DNA of 64,000 nucleotides from a bacterium (GTDB lineage Bacteria; UBA8248): positions 3,808,001 to 3,872,000 of the forward strand of contig OZ241875.1 in the NCBI GenBank assembly GCA_965203325.1, given 5' to 3'. Shown one piece after another: positions 59,401-64,000 of this stretch (within the stretch, counting starts at the first letter, position 1; the number at the start of each line of letters is the position of its first letter). A model generated the notes under the pieces. It had not been told where the DNA came from, searched no databases, and was given only the letters and a program-made list of their open reading frames with translations. Both the position numbers and the translations under genes were made by a program.

Positions 59401-61399
59401 AGGTCAGCGTCGCCGGGCTCACCGTGGCGGCGTTCGCGTCGCCGGACGCCCCCTGCAGGACCGATTTCACCAGGTTGACGGTCACGTTTGCCGAGGGCGC
59501 CCTGGACAGCTTGACCCCGAAGGTCGCGGAGCCGCCCTCCGGGACGATCAGATCGTTCCGTCCCGTTTCGGAGCTGGGCACGAAGCTGGTGCTCTCGAAC
59601 TCCACGCCGGTCCACGGCGTGGCGGTCAGGCGGACCTGGACCCGCTGGCCGGCGGACCAGGTGAGACCTGTATTGGTCCACTCCGTTGCTAGATTAGTGA
59701 GGTAGTTCCCCTTCGCGAGAGGAAACGACTTCCCGTCGACATACAGCGTCAGCCTTCGCCAATGCCCGGTGGCCTGTCTTATCGCTGTGCCATATTCCAG
59801 ACTCAGTTCCACGTTTGCGTCATCAGTATCAATGTAGAGCCGTTCGAGCGTATTCGCAGTTCCCTCATGCGTAAAGCTGTTGGTCGTCAGCGCAGCACTG
59901 CAGTTGGGCACAGGAGCGTACGTGTTATCGCAACCGAAGAAACGCCCGGTTCCGCCCACCGTCAGCGTGGCGGTCAGGAGTGTCTGCTCGCCGAACGACC
60001 CAAGCCTCGACGGCCCGACGGGGTGCGGCCCCGTCGGTTCGGCCGTTGTCTCCGGCTCGGGCTTCGTGCCCAATGTCGTGGCCCGTGCCACGGCCGACCA
60101 CTGGCCGGCGACGCCGCTGGTCATCACGCGCAGCCGCACGTCGTACGAGGTGCCGCGCTTCAGGCCCTTCGGCTTGTCACGCAGATACGGGCCCCTTATG
60201 ACCGCGCTTTTCTTCCTGATGTCCAGCACGTAGCTGTGCGGCGCGAGTCTATGCTCGTAATCTATCCAGCCCCGCGCCGGGTCGGCCCCGGTCAGCCGGT
60301 CCTCCTGGTCGGGGGCGTCCGATTCCTTGTACTGCAGCTCGTAGCTGTTGCCGGGCGTCGACCACGATGCCGTCAGACGTTGATCGCCCGGCACCAGCGT
60401 CGGTGCCGGCGGCGAGGTGCCCGGCTCCAACCTGGTTATGGTCACGGTGTAGTCCATCATCGATATCAAGTCATCGGCGACCACCCGCACCGGGATGACG
60501 TTGGCCCCCACGCTGAGCGCGATGGCCGGGCTCGCCGAGCCGCTAGCCACACCGTCCGTCGACACCAGGGCCGTCGGCGCCTCGCCTGCTATGCCCACCA
60601 ATATATGCGCGAAATCACCTTTATCCTTCTGGGTTGGCGTGAGCTTCACATGGGTGATCGTGTTGGCCACCGTGGCCATGTAGCTGGTCGTGGCCGCCAA
60701 GAAGCGCGGCGTCAGCGTCAGAGCCGTAAACGTGCCCGAGGCGCTCGTGGAGCTGCTGGCCGTCAGCCCGGTCAGATCCGCGTCCGTGGACCGAGCTGCC
60801 GGCGCCTTGTTGGTCACCGTGACCCACGAGCTAGCCCGGACGTCGCTTTGGCCGGGTCCTTTGGAAAATGCCTGTATGCGGAGGTCGTAGGAGGTCCCGT
60901 TGGTAACCGTATGGCTTGAGCCGCCGGCGTCAGACTGCAGCCCAGTGAACGTTAACTGAGTGTCGCTGTGGACGGGCTCCCGAATTGTACCACTGTCCTG
61001 TACTGGTGCCCAAGCGGTTGCTTGGGCAGTGCTAAGCTTCCACTCGACTCGATAGCCAAACGCTGACCAAGTGCCCCAGGAACTGGGGGCCTGCCAATTC
61101 AGGATGAGCTGTCCGTCGTCGGCGGTGACGCTGACGTTTCGCGGCACCGAGGGCGAGGTCACCTGTGCGGCGGCGGGGTCGGCGGCGAACGGCGAGAGCG
61201 CGCCGAGCAGCAGAGCGAAGACGGGAAGAAGGGAGAGGAGGCGGGCGCGGGCGCGCCCGGTGCGGGCGTCAAGCCTGCGCGGGCCTGCCGATGTCGAGGG
61301 AGCCGGCGTGCGCGCCCCGGCCGGGCGCACTTCACGCCGCCGGGCCGCGACGCAGAGCGCCGCCGCGAGTAGCATCGGAATTCGTGCAATGTTCTTCAT
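56465..61399 (-). CDS. Large surface adhesin/autotransporter (FN3, cadherin-like beta-sandwich, Calx-beta, C-terminal beta-barrel)
   Basis: FN3 PSVPRNVSVT..LNWQAP; cadherin-like TTSYMATV..LSVGANVI; Calx-beta VSVDYATEDGTATAGADY..GTLTFAAGET; barrel WSLWGRG...KRW. Confidence 0.85.
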   Translation of the reverse strand: MKNIARIPMLLAAALCVAARRREVRPAGARTPAPSTSAGPRRLDARTGRARARLLSLLPVFALLLGALSPFAADPAAAQVTSPSVPRNVSVTADDGQLILNWQAPSSWGTWSAFGYRVEWKLSTAQATAWAPVQDSGTIREPVHSDTQLTFTGLQSDAGGSSHTVTNGTSYDLRIQAFSKGPGQSDVRASSWVTVTNKAPAARSTDADLTGLTASSSTSASGTFTALTLTPRFLAATTSYMATVANTITHVKLTPTQKDKGDFAHILVGIAGEAPTALVSTDGVASGSASPAIALSVGANVIPVRVVADDLISMMDYTVTITRLEPGTSPPAPTLVPGDQRLTASWSTPGNSYELQYKESDAPDQEDRLTGADPARGWIDYEHRLAPHSYVLDIRKKSAVIRGPYLRDKPKGLKRGTSYDVRLRVMTSGVAGQWSAVARATTLGTKPEPETTAEPTGPHPVGPSRLGSFGEQTLLTATLTVGGTGRFFGCDNTYAPVPNCSAALTTNSFTHEGTANTLERLYIDTDDANVELSLEYGTAIRQATGHWRRLTLYVDGKSFPLAKGNYLTNLATEWTNTGLTWSAGQRVQVRLTATPWTGVEFESTSFVPSSETGRNDLIVPEGGSATFGVKLSRAPSANVTVNLVKSVLQGASGDANAATVSPATLTFTSTNWSQAQTVTVTGVQDSDGDHEHLMILALVSSTDTDYGSADGTEGVFVTVSDDGGAVQVGAWPAAGREDDNNFLSGHDITFWLSRSSTSPVSVYYTSEEGTATLDADYSMAPSTVTFAPGETRKQVQFYVLDDDVEDSGETFYVVLSNPSGATIAPGYGRAVVEILNDEAHLDGLSVEGAPGAGGPWAKLDLGAFAAETTAYAVTVPHGTTHARLVPATADEDLTLRAGSGTALTRVRSGGSGPAVALAVGANVLVVKTTAGTGVEKTYEVTVTRQAAQQQQAQQQQQQRTEPLTAAFENVPSEHDGTAFTFDLTLSEAPGAGNLPVAASFKVAPGKASVSGSGTRYTVTVTPKKANAWKDVTITLLQPADCAVSGAICTADGRALSNSASATIGGPVRIRIEGARAKEGKDESLDFAVTLNRAAAHDVSVDYATEDGTATAGADYTATSGTLTFAAGETAKTVSVPVLDDAIDEGKETMRLLLSNPRGAYLRNVHSKAKGVIRNEDPLQAMWLARFGRAAAGHVAEAIDGRLSGGAAAGVVLGGHSLTGKAEREAIESRLAEALLKEREVRLGRGGEAQAPSVREVAMSDLLLASSFHMASAGGGDAGSRWSLWGRGARSSFEGAEGDLSLEGDVTTATVGFDYERARWLVGVALSRSSGDGSYKAGGACDTGCAGEVESALTGVYPYARYRVSGTFSLWGAVGHGQGEMTLTPGGSSPVEADVAMGMAAAGARGVVLPAREAGGFELALRADVLVTNTRSDAAAGLAETEAETSRVRLVLEGSRSLRFGDAVLTPSLEIGFRNDSGDAETGGGVEAGGSVRWASGALTTELRARSLLSHGESGYEEWGVSASVAYAPGSGGRGLTLRAGSSWGASTGGAERLWSQAAGLSPGGAFEPGAAGFEAEAAWGLDAPRGLLTPYTGVAVTGSGETWRAGARWKPGAATEVSLEASLTEQAGGGRPEGGLLLKGSKRW

Positions 61400-61826
61400 T
61401 TGAAATGCCCCCTGTTCCGAGATTTCGGGTTCAAGCTGACGCAGCCGGTCGTGAATCTTTCCGCGAGAGGCGGATTCCTGCGGTATGCGCCACCTCGAAC
61501 CCCGGCTGGTGTCCGCTAATTGACGTTATCGGACAACGTAACACCTCTCACGGCCATGTCAAGCCCGATTCCAGGGTCCCCGGAGGGGTTTCGGGCGCCG
61601 TTTTGCGCCTTTTTTCGCTTATATTTCGCTCATTTGCGGCCCGAATGCGCCCCGAAACGGGTTTTTCAGCGGAAAACGGGGCTTCTGGGGGCCAATAACG
61701 TCAATTATCGGACCCCAGAAACCCGCCGTTTCGCCGGTATTCGCCTGCGAAACGGCTTTTTTTGTGGAAATTCCCCGTCGTCGTCCATACTCGGCAATCA
61801 AGGAGGCGCTCGGGCGGCCCCAAGGA

Positions 61827-62030
61827 ATGGAAACGGCCGCCGATCTGGCGAAGGCGTCGATGTCTGAGAACACGCGACGGGCGTACGGGACGGCGCTCAG
61901 GGTATTCGAGCGCTCGGGAAACCCCGAGACCGACGCCGGGATAGCGGCGTACCTGGGGGATCTCTACGAGGGGGGCACTCAGCGGCTGTGGCCGCGATGG
62001 CGAGGCTGCGCTACGGGCGGTGAGGTCCGC
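61827..62030 (+). pseudogene. Cre-like integrase N-terminal (SAM-like) fragment
   Basis: ASMSENTRRAY..ALR.F....P.TDAGIAAYLGDLYE.G, then loses coding character. Confidence 0.55.
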
Positions 62031-62034
62031 CCGG

Positions 62035-62100
62035 CGTTTCGTCGTGAGCATGTCCTTCGCTGCGGGCAGGTCCGCCGCGTGCAGGACGCCGGTTTCTCCC
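62035..62100 (-). pseudogene. Fragment of a second MOBF relaxase
   Basis: TGVLHAADLP...DMLTT, near-identical DNA to 28328-28385. Confidence 0.75.
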
Positions 62101-62110
62101 GAATATCTCT

Positions 62111-62830
62111 CTACCGCCTCTTCTTTCTCCGGGCGGCTCTCTCCTCGGACGTGGAGGTCCACCTCCGGGCGGAGGCCCACTTCTCGAGGTCTTCGAGCAG
62201 GTAGCGCACCCGGGCGCCTAACTTGTGGAAGTCCGGCCCCTCTCCGCTCACGCGGTAGCGCTCCAGCGTCTTGGGCGAGAGGCCGAGCCAGGCGGCCGCC
62301 TCCCGCGTGTCCAGGCGGTTCTCCTCCGCAAGTTCATCGACGTCTCCCGCGGCCCTAGGTTCCCCGGCGGCGTCCCACGTCCCGTCGAACGGGTCGGGCA
62401 AGTCCGCGAGCCTCTCGCGTATGGCGCGGATCTCCTCTCCCGTCGCGTTGGCCGCCATCCAGGCGCGCACCCGGTCGAAGGTCTTGAGATACGGTGAGGC
62501 GCCCCGGCGCAGCCTTCCCACGAAAGAGGGGTTCCCCACGGTCTCCTCGCCCAGGATCGAGACCTTGGTCCCGCTCACCGCGAGAAACGCCTCGACCTCG
62601 GCCCGCAGGAGCGGTCCCAGCGGCGGGTACCCCATGAACGCCAGCACCCGGTCCGCCGTGTCGACCCGCAGGGGCCGCCCCCGGGCCTGCAGTCCCACGA
62701 AGCCGGGAATGCCCAGCGCGCCCACCCCGAAGCGCCTCGCGCTCATCCCGCGGCGCGCGCGCCAGAGCGCAATGCTCCGGCGCAGCCGCTCGTCCAGCGG
62801 GGCGCCGGTATCGTCGTCGAACGCGGTCAT
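62111..62830 (-). CDS. Tandem small HTH-like domains fused to an HTH_17/AlpA excisionase-like domain
   Basis: Two ~50-aa repeats ending DRVLAFM and DRVRAWM; then LDTREAAAWLGLSPKTLERYRVSGEGP.F.KLGARVRY. Confidence 0.75.
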   Translation of the reverse strand: MTAFDDDTGAPLDERLRRSIALWRARRGMSARRFGVGALGIPGFVGLQARGRPLRVDTADRVLAFMGYPPLGPLLRAEVEAFLAVSGTKVSILGEETVGNPSFVGRLRRGASPYLKTFDRVRAWMAANATGEEIRAIRERLADLPDPFDGTWDAAGEPRAAGDVDELAEENRLDTREAAAWLGLSPKTLERYRVSGEGPDFHKLGARVRYLLEDLEKWASARRWTSTSEERAARRKKRR

Positions 62831-63376
62831 GGCGCGCGAACATAAGGAAAGGACGAGCGCCCGTTCAATCGTTGTTTCTAGCGCGGAAGGTACACCCGTG
62901 AAGAGTCCGCGACCGCGTCCGTGCGCGGATCGCTCATCGGTTCAGCCTGAAATCAAGGGGGTTTTCCGGAAAACGAGGGTCGCCGGAGAACGCGCAGCGA
63001 GGCGCTGCGGAAAAAAAGGAAGGACGCCGCCCCCTGGGCGAGAGCTCGAAAGCCTCTTTCGTTCACGCCGCGGCGCCCGGCGAATTGCATCTCGACCGGA
63101 GAAGCCCCTTCCGCGGCAAGGCGCTGCGCGCTGCCCGTGCGCAGGTCGAAACGGCGCCGATTCCCTTGTTTCATTCGTTTTTATCGCATCGTATGCTGAT
63201 GTTCCGGGTCGTCCGCCAAATACAATACGGCCAAGCCGAAATAGGCGGACATTCCTTCGTGGATTGTATGCCAACGGCCCGGATTCTGGAGGACATATAA
63301 AATATTCGGCCGGGCAGGCGGGGCGCAGCAATGCCTCCGCCTACCCGGCCTGCCACCCCAGTAATCATTCTCTCAT

Positions 63377-63620
63377 GGGGTGATGAGCATCAAAAATTCG
63401 CCGACCCGAATCGGATACGCCGTGCCATACCAACAACTGCCTCTGAGCCTTGTGGTATTATCACCCTGCCAACGAACGATTTACCGGTCTTCGACGACTC
63501 GCGCCCCTTGGAATGCTCCGGGGTTGTAATGAGTCCGCTTGCGTTTTGATTACATTTATTTCAAGGAATTTATAACTGGTTTGAAAACAATGATTTAATT
63601 TTCATATTCTGGATAATACG
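63377..63620. repeat. att-like dispersed repeat, copy 4
   Basis: About 110-bp match to 50956-51063 plus CCGCTTGCGTTTTGATTAC. Confidence 0.8.
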
Positions 63621-63936
63621 ATAAATTCACGGGGTTTTTCGATAAATTCCTGAAAAATAATGTACAGATAAATGATTGTAATCAAAAGGGTTATCAATTA
63701 AATCTGAGCGTCTCGCACTAAGATTCAGGGGCAAAAAAAGTTTTTCCGCCGCCCCCGCATTTCCCCGCAATTGCCCGCATTCGCCCCCGGCGCCGGCTCT
63801 GAACGCAGACAAGCGGGAATCGTTCCGCCCGGCCGCGCAAACAGAGTCGGAATTTGTTACAATGAACTTTTGACGACAATGGAAAAATACAGATATATAA
63901 CTGAAAAAGAAGAGTTTTCAGCTTGGAGGACAAAGC

Positions 63937-64000
63937 ATGGGTTATGCAGAGGTTCACGGCCGCTCCCTCTCGGAGGCGGAGGCCTTTTGGGCGGAAGCGG
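63937..64000 (+). CDS. N-terminus of an acetyl/propionyl-CoA synthetase (runs off the window)
   Basis: GGAGG RBS; MGYAEVHGRSLSEAEAFWAEA matches the Y...RSL..PE.FW.E.A start of the family. Confidence 0.6.
   Translation, partial: MGYAEVHGRSLSEAEAFWAEA

Larger units (their letters stand above)
22584..63773. mobile_element. Genomic island / integrative mobilisable element complex with defence cargo
   Basis: Integrases at the left end, MOBF relaxase, excisionase-like gene at the right end, lower-GC cargo, bounded by the direct repeat CCCGCATTTCCCCGCA(G/A)TTG. Confidence 0.7.

Noticed and set aside
56870..59692. 940-aa plus-strand ORF
   Set aside because: Antisense shadow of the GC-rich autotransporter; Arg-rich composition with no recognisable motifs

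Overview
GC-rich bacterial chromosome segment in two parts. (1) Bases 1-22.5 kb hold host metabolic and metal genes: an LLM monooxygenase operon with a probable selenocysteine (CxxU + SECIS-like hairpin) AhpD-like protein, an NsrR / truncated haemoglobin / DUF1971 unit, peptidases, a UxaA-family protein, creatininase, azlCD-thrC, and a Zur-boxed zinc cluster (znuA, zur-znuCB, two COG0523 GTPases, FAD oxidoreductase, WD40 protein). The intergenic spaces carry nested MITE/REP-type repeats. (2) Bases ~22.6-63.8 kb form a ~41 kb genomic island bounded by a 19/20-bp direct repeat. It has two tandem tyrosine integrases, HU/IHF, a MOBF relaxase and a leading region (ssb, DUF4326, DUF2493, a four-zinc-ribbon protein, ssDNA-promoter-like hairpins). 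Its lower-GC defence cargo includes a nuclease-STAND protein, a type II Bil-like ubiquitin operon, a STAS-wHTH regulator fused to a DinJ-like tail upstream of yafQ, a SIR2-STAND protein and three PD-(D/E)xK-like proteins. It also carries IS remnants, two transposase-less IS110/IS1111-type non-coding ends flanking a cargo gene, a large autotransporter adhesin and four copies of an att-like repeat. No tRNA, rRNA or CRISPR array was seen. All calls come from motif recognition by eye; no database searches were run.
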